Origin: Squatina squatina
Lineage: Eukaryota
NCBI GenBank assembly: GCA_031763465.1
Contig: JARFOE010000203.1
Location: forward strand, 5,727,725 to 5,778,681
Direction: 5' to 3'
Length of the DNA stretch: 50,957 nt
Part shown: positions 1-12,810 of the stretch, piece after piece
How positions within the stretch are numbered: the stretch's first letter is position 1
How the letters are laid out: each line of letters begins with the position of its first letter
Position numbers and translations under genes: made by a program
Notes under the pieces: model-generated
Database searches by the model: none
What the model was told of the DNA's origin: nothing
Seen by the model: the letters and a program-made list of their open reading frames with translations, nothing else

Positions 1-245
1 AGTGTAATATACACAGGGACAGTAACAGCGTAATATACACAGTTACAGAGTGTAATATACACAGTGTCAGTAACAGAGTGTAATGTACACGGGTCAGTAA
101 CAGTGTAATGTACACGGGTCAGTAACAGTGTAATGTACACGGGGTCAGTATCAGTGTAATATACACAGGGACATTAATGGAGTGTAATATACACAGGGAC
201 ACTAATGGAGTGTAATATACACAGGGACAGTAACAGATTGTAATA
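1..245. repeat. ~29-31 bp minisatellite (AGTGTAATATACACAGGGACAGTAACAG-like), intronic to the TAP-family gene
   Basis: Unit visibly repeated about 8 times with small variations. Confidence 0.85.
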
Positions 246-318
246 AGCCCAGTGCTCAGACTGTTCTCCTCGAAATCCCCATGGTAACCTCAGACTGACA
301 GTTATGATTCTTCATTAG

Positions 319-478
319 GTAGCGCTCGTAAGTCAGGAGCCAGTTCTCTTTGCTCGTTCAGTGAATGATAACATCGCCTATGGCCTTCAGGACACGTCTC
401 CCAACTCCATCGTCAATGCTGCAAAATTGGCCAACGCGCATGGCTTCATTTCTGATATGAAAGACGGATACGAAACAG
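319..478 (+). CDS. Internal exon of a TAP-family ABC half-transporter (TAP2/TAP1/ABCB9-like), nucleotide-binding domain Q-loop region
   Basis: ttcattag|...|gtgag splice sites around a 160-nt exon reading VALVSQEPVLFARSVNDNIAYGLQDTSPNSIVNAAKLANAHGFISDMKDGYET. The QEPVLF...NIAYGL...A.A..FI motif is typical of TAP/ABCB9. The paralog cannot be resolved from one exon; the MHC context favours TAP. Confidence 0.85.
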
Positions 479-602
479 GTGAGAAGGAGTTAGGGACACA
501 GCCNNNNNNNNNNNNNNNNNNNNNNNNNNNNNNNNNNNNNNNNNNNNNNNNNNNNNNNNNNNNNNNNNNNNNNNNNNNNNNNNNNNNNNNNNNNNNNNNN
601 NN

Positions 603-1500
603 NGAGTCACCACCTCCACCTCCATTGGACCAGAATTTATTGCCATTTCTTCACACCGGACAAAGTGTTCCTGAACAATGTGGAAAAGGTGAATCTCCCT
701 CCACTTGAATGAGGGAGAAAGTGGAGCAAACTCTATAATATTAAAGAGCATCAGCCCAGAAATTGTCTTCTGCGACATTAATGATTATTTGAATCGCGTG
801 AACATTCCTTCACTTTCAGATCTGCTGTTCCCATGTTCAGATCACCCTGTGGGAGGCAATTCGTCCGGGAAGATCATTCATCTCAAATTCCACCTTCTGA
901 TTTTACAAGAGTCAAGCTCACCCACTCAGATCTGTGGTGGGCTATCAAAGGCAGGAATCACTGCTGGGACAGGTAGAGCTGGACAGGGTCTTGAAGGTTA
1001 CTTGTGGCTCGCTGCCAGCACCCCAGGTCCTAATCTGCAATGACGGGCTGGCATGGTACGAGGACATTGCAGATTGTGGACTGCGGTCCGGCTAAAGTCA
1101 TAAAATGACGACTGACCCCAAAGGTACCTGTAGATGGGGTGAGCTAAACTACAGTGAGTCAGTGTCTCCATGGGTGCCAATCCGGGAATGCCTGAAGGTT
1201 CTGCTCGAGATGCTTGTAGCCCTGCAGCAGCTCCTCCACTTGCTCACCAAAGAAGCCCTCAGCATCAAAGGGAATCTGCAGTAGTTGCTGCTTCAGTTCC
1301 TGAATGAATCACAAGTGCGCAGACAAGATAAGCGATGATGTAAGAAAATACATCAGCACAAATCTTTCAACACCCAAATCCTTCTGCCTAATCTGCTGCG
1401 TTTCACTGTTTGTGCTGTTCAGATCTTCTGCCCGACCACACTCAGTCTGCGATCGGTCAGCCAGTTGGTCACAGTCAGTGCAGCTCCCTTTCCTTCACTT
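603..1500 (-). mobile_element. Possible decayed DIRS-type retrotransposon fragment
   Basis: The minus strand near 1220-1310 reads IQELKQQLLQIPFDAEGFFGEQVEELLQ, resembling the L..LPF.G..LFG motif of DIRS ORF1. The remainder is degenerate. Confidence 0.3.
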
Positions 1501-2293
1501 AAACTGGTTGTGCAGACTCCTGCCTCAAACTGTCCCAGTTTACAAACCTATAGTGATGTCTGATCTCATTGTACAGTATGAGGGTGAGGCTTGCCCTGTG
1601 GTGTCAAGGTTTGACCCATCCAGTTAATGGGGCCTCACCTTGTGTTTGGAAAACCCTTGGGCTTTATTTAGGTTACAATGACGTGATACACTGGAATGTA
1701 GTGACAGGTTTCCATGTGGTTACAAACCAGAGAACAGGGTGAGCGGGCGATAGGCACTGATGGGATAGTTTACCTGTTACCAGTGATCTTCAGTACTTGC
1801 ACACCTTTACAGCAACTGGAATATCCATTCAGCCCCTGGAGCCTGTTCATCCATTTAATTACATAATGCCTTATCTGTAACACAATTCTATTTATCAACC
1901 TTCAATCCATATCCGTTGATGAACTTAGGGACATAGGAATTGGAGTAGGCCCCTCGAGCCTGTGTCACAATTCAAATCAGGTCATGGCTGCTCAGATTCT
2001 TAACTCCATCGACCCCACTTGGATCCATATTTCTTATTATCGATCCTGACATAAATTTATCAATGCATTATTTGGAATTTTCAATTGACATTTCAAAACA
2101 GCAACTGTGTTGGGTGAATGAAGACAGGAGTTAAAGGGGCATTATTTGCCTGGAAAGTGCAGTGATATTGTTCCCGCTGTCTGAGGCTGAACCAGACTGT
2201 TGGTAACCTTGGTGTCATATTTGGCCCTGAAATGAGCTCCTGACCACATAACCAAGACTCCTTTGACATTTGTTTCTGAGCTAAAATTGACTA

Positions 2294-2366
2294 CACCCCA
2301 GATGGGACTTGAACCCACAATCTCTGGCTTAGGAGGCCAGTGCCTTATCCATTAGGCCACTGGGGC
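2294..2366 (-). tRNA. tRNA-Arg (anticodon CCT)
   Basis: Reverse complement is GCCCCAGTGGCCTAATGGATAAGGCACTGGCCTCCTAAGCCAGAGATTGTGGGTTCAAGTCCCATCTGGGGTG (73 nt). It has acceptor stem GCCCCAG/CTGGGGT, anticodon arm CTGGC-CTCCTAA-GCCAG and a GGTTCAA T-arm, and is nearly identical to vertebrate tRNA-Arg-CCT as I recall it. Confidence 0.88.
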
Positions 2367-2733
2367 TATGCACAATGAGAGATTGGAGTTTGCAACTTGT
2401 CTCTTTTTCTCTATGTATTGACTGCCAAATTTGAGGCCTTTTGTGGGCCGGCCCTTCCCTTTCACAAACAACCACATTGTATCAATTCTAAAGACCCAGC
2501 AATGATGGGACAGGATCTGACTTCCTTTTACGCGTTTGCGATTGGTACAGTTGATTGCTGGGTAAAATGCTGTTTGTCTGTGAAAAGCAAGTGGTTTTGC
2601 AGAAGTTTCCTTGTTTGCCCTGGCCCTAAGTTTCAGTGATTGACAAATCAGCATCCTGACTGAAGCTATTTGATCTCTACACATTTCAGCCATGAGAACA
2701 AAGAGCTGGTTTTCATAGAATGAAGATCGTGCT

Positions 2734-2772
2734 TACCCCAAATGGGACTTGAACCCACAATCCCTGCCTTAA
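2734..2772 (-). pseudogene. Truncated tRNA-Arg(CCT) 3' half
   Basis: taccccaaatgggacttgaacccacaatccctgccttaa matches the 3' half of the 2294-2366 tRNA; the 5' half is absent. Confidence 0.65.
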
Positions 2773-3340
2773 ACATCAGACCACAGAAGCCTTGATAATT
2801 GCTCTACATTCTCACTCCATTCTGTATGTCACTGTGGCCACGCAATTTATTTGCATCAACATTTCTACCAATTCCACATCATTTAGCAATGATTGTTAGC
2901 AGTCGTCTGCGCAGTTGATTTCCTGAAGCCACTTGCTAAATGATTCATTTTATCTTCTTGGAAATGTCACTGCCTATTGTTCAGAATGACGTTTACAGAG
3001 CTTTCCTTAAGATGCTGCCCCTCACTTTGACCAGCTACGTTGATTAGGCTCCAATGCTGGATATCTGCTCTGACTTATAACAGACTGATATTTGGTAACA
3101 ACTGTTAGCGGGCTCGAGGATGTCTCAAAGCGTTTACAGCTAATGACGTACTTTTGAAGAGTAGTCACTGTTGTAATGTAGGAAACCTGAGGGCCAATTT
3201 GTGCACAGCAAGCTCCCACAAACAACAATGTGATAATGACNNNNNNNNNNNNNNNNNNNNNNNNNNNNNNNNNNNNNNNNNNNNNNNNNNNNNNNNNNNN
3301 NNNNNNNNNNNNNNNNNNNNNNNNNNNNNNNNNNNNNNNN

Positions 3341-5345
3341 AGTTACTGGGGTACAGAGAAGGATCTGCAGTTATTGGAGGGAGCAGAGAAAAGGATATTC
3401 AGTTATTGGGGTACCGAGAAGGGTATTCAATTATTAGGGTGCAGAGAAGGATATTCAGTTATTGGGGTAGAGAAGGATATTCAGTTATTCGGGTACAGAG
3501 CAGGATATTCAGTTACTGGTGTCCAGAGTCGCATATACAGTTACTGGGGTACAGAGAAGCATATTCAGTTATTGGGGCACAGAAAAGGATATTCAGTTAT
3601 TGGGGCACAGAGAAGGATATTCAGTTATTGGGGTACAGAGAGGGAGGTTCAGTTGTTGGGGTACAGAGAGGGTTATTCAGTTATTGGGGGGAGCAGAGAA
3701 AAGGATATTCATTAATTCAGTACAGAGAAGGATATTCAGTTATTGGGGTACAGAGAGGGAGGTTCAGTTATTCGGGTACAGAGAGAGTTATTCAGTTATT
3801 GGGGTACTGAAAAGAATATTCATTTCTTGGGGGGACAGATTGTGTTCTCGGTTATTGGGGTACAGGGACAGATATTCATTTATTGGGGTACAGAGAAGGA
3901 TCTTCAGTTATTGGGTAACAGAGAAGGATATTCAGTTATTGGGGCACAGAGAAGGATATTCAGTTATTGGGGTACAGACAAGGATATTCAGTTATTGGTG
4001 TACAGAGAAGGATTTTCAGTTATAGGGGCACAGAGAAGGATATTCAGTTATTGGGATACAGTGATGGATATTCAGTTATTGGGGTACAGAGAAGGATATT
4101 CAGTTACTGGGGTACATTGAATGATATTCAGTTATTGGGGNNNNNNNNNNNNNNNNNNNNNNNNNNNNNNNNNNNNNNNNNNNNNNNNNNNNNNNNNNNN
4201 NNNNNNNNNNNNNNNNNNNNNNNNNNNNNNNNNNNNNNNNTATTCAGTTATTGGGGTTCAGAGAGGATAATCCGTTAATGAGGAACAGAAAATGGTATTC
4301 TATTATTGTGGTACAGAGAAGGATATTCAGTTATTGGGGTACAGAGGAGGATAATCAGTTATTGGGGTGCTGAGAATGATGTTCAGTTATTGGAATACAG
4401 AGAATGTTAGTCAGTTATTGGCGTGCAGAGAAGGATATTCAGTTATTGCGGTACAGAAAACAATATTCAGTTATTGGATTACACAGGTGGATATTCAGGT
4501 GTTGGGGTGCAGAGAAGGATATTCAGTAATTGGAGTACAGGGAAGGATATTCAGTTATTGGGGTACTGAAAATTATATTCATTTACTGGGATACAGTGAA
4601 ACAGATTCAGTTACTGGAGTGCAGAGGAGGCTATTCAGTTATTTCTGGACAGAGAAAGATATTCAGTTATTGGCGTACACAGAAGGATAATCTGTTATTG
4701 GGGTATGGAGAAGGATGTTCAGTTATTGGGGTCCAGAGAAGGATTAACAGTTACTGGGGTACAGAGAAGGATATTCAGTTACTGGGGTACTGAAAATTAT
4801 ATTCATTTACTGGGGTACAGCGAAGCAGATTCAGTTACTGGAGTACATAGGAGGCTATTCAGTTATTGGAGTACAGTTAAGGCTATTCAGTTATTGGAGT
4901 ACAGAGAAAGATATTCAGTTATTGGAGTACAGGGATAGATACTCAGTTATTGGGGTACAGAGACAGATATTCTGTTATTGGGGTACAAAGAAAAACATTC
5001 AGATATTGGAGTACAGAGAAAGATATTCAGTTATTGGGGTACCGAAAATTATATTCATTTATTGGTGTACAGCAAAGCAGATTCAGTTTACTGGAGTACA
5101 GAGGAGGCTATTCAGTTATTGGAGTACAGAGGAAGATATTCAGTTATTGCCATAAAGAGAAATATATTCTGTTATTGGTGTGCGGTGAAAGATATTCATT
5201 TGTTGGAGCATAGAGAAGCATATTGAGTTATTGCTGTACAGAGAAGGATAATCAGGTGTTGGGGTATAGAGGAGGATAATCAGTTACTGGGATACAGAGA
5301 AAGTTATTCAGTTATTGGTGTACAGGGAAATATATTCATTTAATG
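3341..5345. repeat. ~27-28 bp minisatellite array (GGGGTACAGAGAAGGATATTCAGTTATT), interrupted by a gap
   Basis: Dozens of tandem diverged copies; they explain the repetitive ORFs in 3154-5226. Confidence 0.95.
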
Positions 5346-5370
5346 ATGTACAGAGAAAGATACAATAGAG

Positions 5371-5729
5371 ATGGCAGGGCAGGTGACGTGTTGCAGCTGT
5401 ATGCTGTGGGAGCTGCTGGACACCAGGGTGATCCAAGGCGACCACATCTGCAGTAAGTGTCTGCAGCTCGAGGAACTCCGGCTCCGAGTTGAGGAGCTGG
5501 AGTCCGAACTACAGACATTGCGATGCATCAGGGAGGAGGAGAGTTATCTGGACATTTTGCTCCAGGAGGCAGTCACACCCCTTAGAGTAGATAATTCACT
5601 TTTGGTCTGTGATCAGGGACAGCAGGGTGTGACTTCAGGTGAGGCAGGTACAGGGATCCAGGAGGTAGTGTTGGAGGAGCCTCGGCCCCTGCACTTGTCC
5701 AACAGTTACGAGGTTCTTGCGAGCTGTGT
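5371..5729 (+). mobile_element. CR1 LINE ORF1 N-terminus (zinc finger plus leucine zipper)
   Basis: MAGQVTCCSCMLWE...HICSKCLQLEELRLRVEELESEL: CxxC...CxxC followed by a coiled coil, typical of CR1 ORF1. Confidence 0.75.
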
Positions 5730-5829
5730 NNNNNNNNNNNNNNNNNNNNNNNNNNNNNNNNNNNNNNNNNNNNNNNNNNNNNNNNNNNNNNNNNNNNNNN
5801 NNNNNNNNNNNNNNNNNNNNNNNNNNNNN

Positions 5830-8072
5830 TTAATTTGCAATTAAAGTAAATGGATATTTCACCAGATTCCTCAACTGCTTCCTGAACTTAGTTTGTTTCA
5901 CAGCATAAATGCAAGTATTTGTGCAGCAACTCAGGAGCTGGAGCATGAATCCTATTTCCATTACATAACCAGGTAGATTTACAGACCTATCCCCTAAACG
6001 CCACACACGGCTCCATGTTGAATACATCATGAGCACCAACCATAAGAGTATGAAATTTCCTGAAATAAAAAACAGTAAAATGATGGATTTCCTCCGGCTC
6101 TCGATCTCTGGATCTCTTGGACTTTCACCACTTCTGGGACCTCGGAATCTCCTCCGAGCTCTGCTGGCCAATAAAATGTGTCTGACGGTTACAGCATTGA
6201 GCAGCAGAATTAGGACAAATGGGACACATGGTGTGAAAATATGATGAAGAAACTCGATTGCTGACCAGACGGGTGAAAATTGGATATCGAATAGTGCATA
6301 ACAAAACCAGGGAGTGTTCAAAAATTAATATCTACCTGTCAACATAAAATACCAGAAAATGTTCTTCAAACAGCTCAGAACAGTCACTATTCCCAGAATG
6401 AAAGCTGCAGTTGTCTCGGTGCAATATATAGTTTTCAGCTTTTGGCAACAAATGGCAACAAATCTGTTTAAGGTGAAAGTGACGGTGAACCAGACAGAAC
6501 AGTCTGTGGCTGCATAAAGCAGGACGGCGTGGATATTACACACATGGATAGAATTTAAGAAATAAAACTGCTCCCGGTAAACAAGCGGAATCTGCCTCAA
6601 TATCAGGTCAAGGATAACAACCTGTAGATCCTCCGCTGCCATGGCCACCAGGTAACGAGTGATACATTTGGAGAGACCGCACTTTCCCCGAGAAAGAATC
6701 ACAATCGTCACTGAGTTAACTGTGTGGAAGGGAAATAAACAGGGAAATTATTCATGAGGCTTGGAGCAAGAACAGCAGTTTGATGGAATTCTGCAACTCA
6801 TTACCGACATTCATTGATATCATCAATTCTATGACGTGTGGAGTTGAATACTGTGTTTATTATAATCAGGAATGTACTGTGGAATCAATGAAAAATAATA
6901 AATAGAAAATGCAGTGAACAGGTGTTTGATCACTGAGAAAGTAAGTGAGAGATCTGCCTTTTGCCCAGCAGACAAAAGCACCACCTGAGCTCCCAGGGAC
7001 ACAATGGAAGGCTTCGTGTCCCAGGAAAGTTCAGCAGTTGGACCGGTGCAATTCTCTTCTGTGCTCCCAGGTTAGGGAGCGGGGAATCCCATTTTAGATC
7101 ATGCTCCTGGTTAGAATATCCATTATAGTTAGAACTGAGCATGAATACAACAGCAAAATACAGAAAGTGCAACCTTGATGGGCAACAATTACAGGCAATT
7201 GAGTTTACAATGCACGGACATGGTTTGCAAATGGTAAGATCAGAAATAAAAGTGCACCGCAGTTAGACAGCTAACCTGGTCGGGCGAAGAGATTTGAATA
7301 ATTAGCTTATTCAAATTTTGTTAAAATACAGAAATAACATTATTAAGAATGGACATTGGATTAAAACAAATAGTTATCTTTCTCCAGGTAATGTCCCACT
7401 AAATGCAGTTCTTCACATTGAAATTAGAGGAATCATCCAAAAGGCATTGTGCCACAGATTGTTTTAGTAAAGTATCTGAACAGGAATTGGAGAGATTTAT
7501 CCTTGAAACCTTTCACCTGTTGGTTTCCATCTTGTTTAGGGAATCAGATGGAAACGCCGAAGAGGATTTTCTTATCTGCAGTATTTTAGTTACAATTACT
7601 TGGGATAGCTGGAGCACAGCAGGAGGCAATAGGTATGTTGTCTGCCAGAATTTGTTCCTGCGACTCTGTGTAAATAACCATACTGAGCAATAGGTGAAAA
7701 CAAATGCAATATAAAATGGATGCTGCAAATCTCAAATAAGATCAGAAAATGTTGGAAATACTTATCATGTCAAGCAGCATCAGAGTGGAGAGAATCAGAT
7801 TTAATCTTCCAGTTCGATGTCTTTCCAACATTTGGTGAAAAACTCATAAACCAAGGGAAGATTCTCCTTATTTTTTACACATGACCAGAGCAAGAATAAT
7901 ATTGCACAGCAATACGTTTTATAGAATTAATTAATAGACATAGATACTTACTAGGAACAGCAACTGCAGCGAGGAAGGGATAGTAAATCTTTTGTATGCA
8001 CAAAATTATCTCCACAATCCGCAAGACTTGACTCAAATTATCAAGAATGGGTGGTGCGGGGGGTGGACCCAT
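5830..8072 (-). pseudogene. GPR139/GPR142-like class A GPCR, two exons (8072-7952 and 6719-5830), with an in-frame stop
   Basis: Exon 1 MGPPP...QKIYYPFLAAVAVP ends at a gtaagt donor (phase 1). Exon 2 follows ccacacag and reads INSVTIVILSRGKCGLSKCITRYLVAMAA...CSVWFTVTFTLNRFVAIC...MLQLLSCCTNTCIYAV. A TAA at 6325-6327 separates two in-frame ORFs, and DRF is altered to NRF. Confidence 0.85.
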
Positions 8073-8289
8073 GCTGCCCCTTCTGCGAGTCGCTGTCGGT
8101 GCTGAATGTCTGAGGTGATACAGTGAAGGGAGCTCCTTATGTACAGCAGAGATAAATCCCCAAATGACATCATTAGGCCGCACTGTAACTGGCATTAATT
8201 ACAGACATTTAACAAACAGACTCACTGAACCGTTTTACCCTCTACACTCTCCCTATCATAACAATTATATAGAGGATAAATTGATGAAC

Positions 8290-8680
8290 GTCGAAAACAA
8301 GATTTCAGAACAGAGCGGCTACAACTATCAGGAAAGAGTGAATAGGCTGGCGATCCTTTCTCTAACAAGAGAGCAGAGTGAGGGCTGACCCAATAGAGCT
8401 CATCTCATTATGAACTGCTTCGCTGTGGCAAACGTCCGGTAAACCATCACACTATTTGGGAACTCCAAAGCTTTTTCTGGAAATATAAAATAATCCCCAG
8501 TAATGCCAACAGTGAATTTGGTGAAACATGTTTACCAGTAGAAGGGTTACAATGTGGAACCAGCTGCCGCATGGAGCAGTTGAAGCGAATCGCATTGATG
8601 AGTTTAAGGGGAAGCTGGATAAACACTTGTGGGTGAAGGGAATGGCAGGATCTGCTGATAAGTTGAGAGGAGGACGGTTC
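8290..8680 (+). mobile_element. Decayed CR1 LINE 3' end
   Basis: Reads like the CR1 RT C-terminus (YNYQERVNRLAILSL...; ...RRVTMWNQLP; FKGKLDK). Confidence 0.65.
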
Positions 8681-8689
8681 AGTTACAGC

Positions 8690-10365
8690 TCAGGATAGGT
8701 ACATCGTACAGATTAAACCTCCCTCTATCATCTCCCATCAAATACTCACAGGTCTGGTACAGCATGTGTCAGGTTCAGAGTAAATCTCCATCAAAACTAT
8801 CCCATCAAACACTCCCAGGGCAGGTACATCTCAGGTGAGACTCAGATTAAACCTCTCACTATATTGTCCAATTAAACACAGCCAGGGCAGTTACAGCATG
8901 GATTAGGTAGAAATAACACTCCCATGAACTGTCCCATCAAACACTCCGAGTGCTGGTATAGCACGGGTCATGTACAGTGTAAATCTCCCTCTACACTGTT
9001 CCATCAAACACGCTCAGGTCAGGTGCAACACATGTCATATATAGAGTATACCTCCCGCTATACTCGCCCATTAAACACTCACAGGGCTGGTACACGCACG
9101 AGCAATCTGCAGAGCAAATCTCCCTCTGCACTGTCAGGTGCAGCTCGGGATAGATTGGGAGAAGATTTCCCTCCACATCCTCCCATTAAACATTCACAGG
9201 GCTGGTACAGCAAAGACAAAGTACAGAATAAATATTCCTGCGCACTGCACCATCAAACTGTACCTGCACATGTACAGCACTGTTTAGATACAGAGTACAC
9301 TTCCCTCTGCACTGTCCGATCAAACACTCACAGGGCAGGTACAGCACGAGTTCGGTACAGTGTAAATGTCTCTCTAAATTGTCCCAGCATAGTCTCACAA
9401 TGCTGGTACGGTACTGTTGTGTGGAGTGTAAATCTCCCTCCATACTGCCATGAATCACACCCAGGGTTCAAAAGGCGCTGGTAAGGCTCAGATTAAAGCT
9501 TACTATAAATCTCCCTCTAAACTGTCCCATCTCACTCTCACAGTACTGGCACAGCAGGTGTTCGGCCCAGTGTACACACTCTACACTGAACATTATACAC
9601 ACCCAGGGCTTTTTCAGCACGGGTTCGGCACAGAGTAAAGCTCCCTCCAAAGTGACCTATCAAAAACTTATAGTGCCCGTACAGCAAAGATTAGTTACAG
9701 AGTTAAGCTCACTCTACATTCTCCATCAAACACAAGCAGGAAAGTAAACACACTGGTTACACATAGAATAAACCTAACTCTACACTGACCTATCAAATGC
9801 GCACAGGTCTGTAACAGCACAGATTAGGTGCAGAATAAATTTCCCTCTGCAGTGGCCCAGAAAACAATCCTGGGGCCAGGTACAAAACAGCTGAGATACA
9901 GATAGAAGCTGCTTCTATATTGTTGCAATACTCCCACCCATGGCTGACACAGCACGGGGTGGTACACAGTAAATCTCTCTCCAAATTGTCCCATCAATCA
10001 TTCCCAGGGCAGGTACAGCACGAGTTCGGAAAGAGTAAATTTACCTCCACATTGACACATCAAAAACTCCCAGGCCAGGCACAGCATTGCTTAAACACAG
10101 ACTAAATCTCCCTCGACATTGTCCCATCAAATAATCACTGGACTGGCATAGCACGGGTTAGGTAATGAGTTAATCTATACTGCCCATGGCACACAGCCAG
10201 GGCAGTTAAAACACAGGGTTTGGTAAAGATTGAAAATTACTTTACACGGTGCCATCAACCACTCACAGGGCTGTTACAGCACGGGTTAGTAAATGAGGAA
10301 ACCTCCCACTACATTGTCCCATCAAAAAAATCCCAGAGCTGGTAACGAACGGCGTGTTAAAGAGG
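8690..10365 (+). repeat. Diverged ~63 bp satellite array (CTCCCTCTACACTGTCCCATCAAACACTCCCAGGGCAGGTACAGCACGGGTTAGATACAGAGTAAA)
   Basis: Roughly 25 degenerate tandem copies; the same family is in reverse orientation at 16750-17275 and 27300-27790. Confidence 0.85.
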
Positions 10366-10665
10366 TAAATTCTGGCTGTGGCGGTTCCGTCGGATGGTTA
10401 ATTCGGATGGGAATCTACTCATGGGGGTTTAGAAGAATGAGGGGCGATCTTATTGAAAAATATCAGATTCTAAAGGGCTATACAGTGTAAATGCTGAGAG
10501 GATGTTTCCACTCATGGGAGAGTCTAGGACCAGAGGGCATAGTCTCAGAATAAGGGGGTGCCCATNNNNNNNNNNNNNNNNNNNNNNNNNNNNNNNNNNN
10601 NNNNNNNNNNNNNNNNNNNNNNNNNNNNNNNNNNNNNNNNNNNNNNNNNNNNNNNNNNNNNNNNN

Positions 10666-11371
10666 TGATGCTCAATCAAATAACCTGATCTGTAAAATCG
10701 CTTTTTACACACTGTGCATTCAAACGGTTTCTCTCCGGTGTGAATTTTCTGATGCTGCGTCAAGAGGCTGGATGTATAAAATCGCTTTTTACACACGGCA
10801 CATTCAAACGGTTTCTCTTCAGCGTGAATTTGTTGATGCTGGATCAAGTTACTGGACGTGTGAAATCTCTTCTTACACACTGGACATTCAAACGGTTTCT
10901 CTCCTGTGTGAATTCGCTGATGTTTGCTCAGGTCACAAGACCTGTAAAATTTCTTTGTGCACACAGTACACTCAAACGGTTTCTCCCCGGTGTGAATTTT
11001 CTGATGCTGGATCAAGTTGCTGGACGTGTGAAATCTCTTCTTACACACTGTACATTCAAATGGTTTCTCTCCTGTGTGAAATCGTTGATGTTTGGTCACT
11101 TCACTGGATGTGTAAAATCGCATTTTACACACAGTACATTCAAACGGCTTCTCTCCAGTGTGAACACGCAGGTGTGTGTCCAACAGGCTGGGCCAGCGGA
11201 ATCCTTTTCCACACACACTGCATTGTAAGGCGTCCACTCCTCGATTGCCAGATGCCCGCTGATTGGATCCAGCTGCTTCAGATGAGCTGCACCCACCATG
11301 CATTAACATTTCAGTTTCTTTCTTTATTTCCATGCTGACCCTTCGTTCCAAAGTGTACGAGCACAGACTGT
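10666..11371 (-). CDS. C2H2 (Kruppel-type) zinc-finger protein exon with 6 complete fingers and 1 cut by a gap
   Basis: Repeated CxxC-x12-HxxxH with TGEKPFEC linkers in an open frame; probable acceptor ttgtttggtag ending at 11372. Confidence 0.9.
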
Positions 11372-11612
11372 CTACCAAACAAGAAAAAAGCATCAGTGAA
11401 CTCAGCGGCAGGTTATCTGTGCCAGGGGAATCCTGCAGGAAATATAGCTACTGATATCAAAGGAGACACTACTACAGACCTTGCAACGGTCACAGTTACA
11501 GATATTTCCCTANNNNNNNNNNNNNNNNNNNNNNNNNNNNNNNNNNNNNNNNNNNNNNNNNNNNNNNNNNNNNNNNNNNNNNNNNNNNNNNNNNNNNNNN
11601 NNNNNNNNNNNN

Positions 11613-12300
11613 GGGAGACTACTCGACGAAGGCTTTACCCAGCCAACAGGGTCTACAGGCCTAGAGTCACTTTCCTGGAACTGTCTGAGGAAGAGTGCAT
11701 GAGGAGGCTGCGCTTCTCCAGACAGGCTGTCACTGACCTGTGCAGCCTCCTGCAACAAGACTTAATGCCTGCTGGTCCAGGGGGGCATGCTCTGCCCGTG
11801 GCAGTGAAAGTCACCACCGCCCTTAACTTTTTTGCTTCAGGCTCCTTCCAGGGTGCCGCAGGTGACATTTCTCACATCAGTCAGTCTGCAGTTCATAAAT
11901 GCATAAAACAGGTCACCAATGCCCTCTTTGCCAGGGCCAACGACTACATCTGTTTTCCAATGGATGCCAACAGTCAGAATGAAAGGGCAGTGGGATTTGC
12001 TGCAGTGGCTGGCTTCCCTCGAGTGCAGGGGGTCATAGATTGCACACATATTGCCATCAAGGCACCTGACAATCAGCCAGCAGCCTTTAACAGGAAAGGT
12101 TATTATTCTATCAATGTGCAGTTGGTCTGTGATCACCACCACAGGATCATGCAGGTGTGTGCCCGGTTTCCAGGCAGCTGTCACGATGCCTTCATTCTGC
12201 ACCAGTCAACCATCCCCCCACTATTCCACTCGTGTCAGAACTTCAAAGGCTGGCTGATAGGAGACAAGGACTACCCCCTCCACACATGGCTCATGACACC
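11613..12300 (+). mobile_element. PIF/Harbinger transposase (HARBI1-like DDE nuclease), partial and bounded by gaps
   Basis: Open frame with ALNFFASGSFQ, ISQS, GFPRVQGVIDCTH, NRKGYYSINVQLVCD, FPGSCHDAFIL and WLIGDKDYP motifs. Confidence 0.9.
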
Positions 12301-12400
12301 NNNNNNNNNNNNNNNNNNNNNNNNNNNNNNNNNNNNNNNNNNNNNNNNNNNNNNNNNNNNNNNNNNNNNNNNNNNNNNNNNNNNNNNNNNNNNNNNNNNN

Positions 12401-12810
12401 GGGCACGGATTTGAGATGACAACATGTTCAAGGAATTGAGAGGAATGGGTGGTTGGAGATGGGGTGCTAGTATGCAAGAACAGAGAGGTCAAGGGTGTTT
12501 TTTTTGAGAGGAGTAATGACAGCAGATTTGAAAGGGATGGAGACAGCACCTGAGGAGAGGGAACCAATAATATCAGTTAACATGGGGGCCTGGAAGGGAT
12601 GTTGGGTGACCAGCAGTTTGATGGGAATAGGGTCGAGGGAACAGGAGTTGGGTCTCATGGACAAGATGAGCTCAGAGAGGGGAAACTGGAGAGAAACTAG
12701 AAAACGATGTGAGTTCAGAGCTCGGGTGGGGGAACCTTAGNNNNNNNNNNATGGTCTCAATCTTAGTGACAATAAAGTTCACAAGCTCCTCACACTTGAT
12801 GTTGGAGCCC
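12401..12810 (-). mobile_element. L2-clade LINE ORF2 fragment
   Basis: SCSLDPIPIKLL...PFKSAVITPLKKNTLD, the pre-RT region of L2/CR1. Confidence 0.75.

Noticed and set aside
3154-5226. Many overlapping ORFs with repeating IFSYWG/YSVIG peptides
   Set aside because: They are translations of a minisatellite.
10502-11338. 278-aa plus-strand Cys-rich repetitive ORF
   Set aside because: It is the antisense shadow of the zinc-finger exon, joined across a gap to a CR1 fragment.
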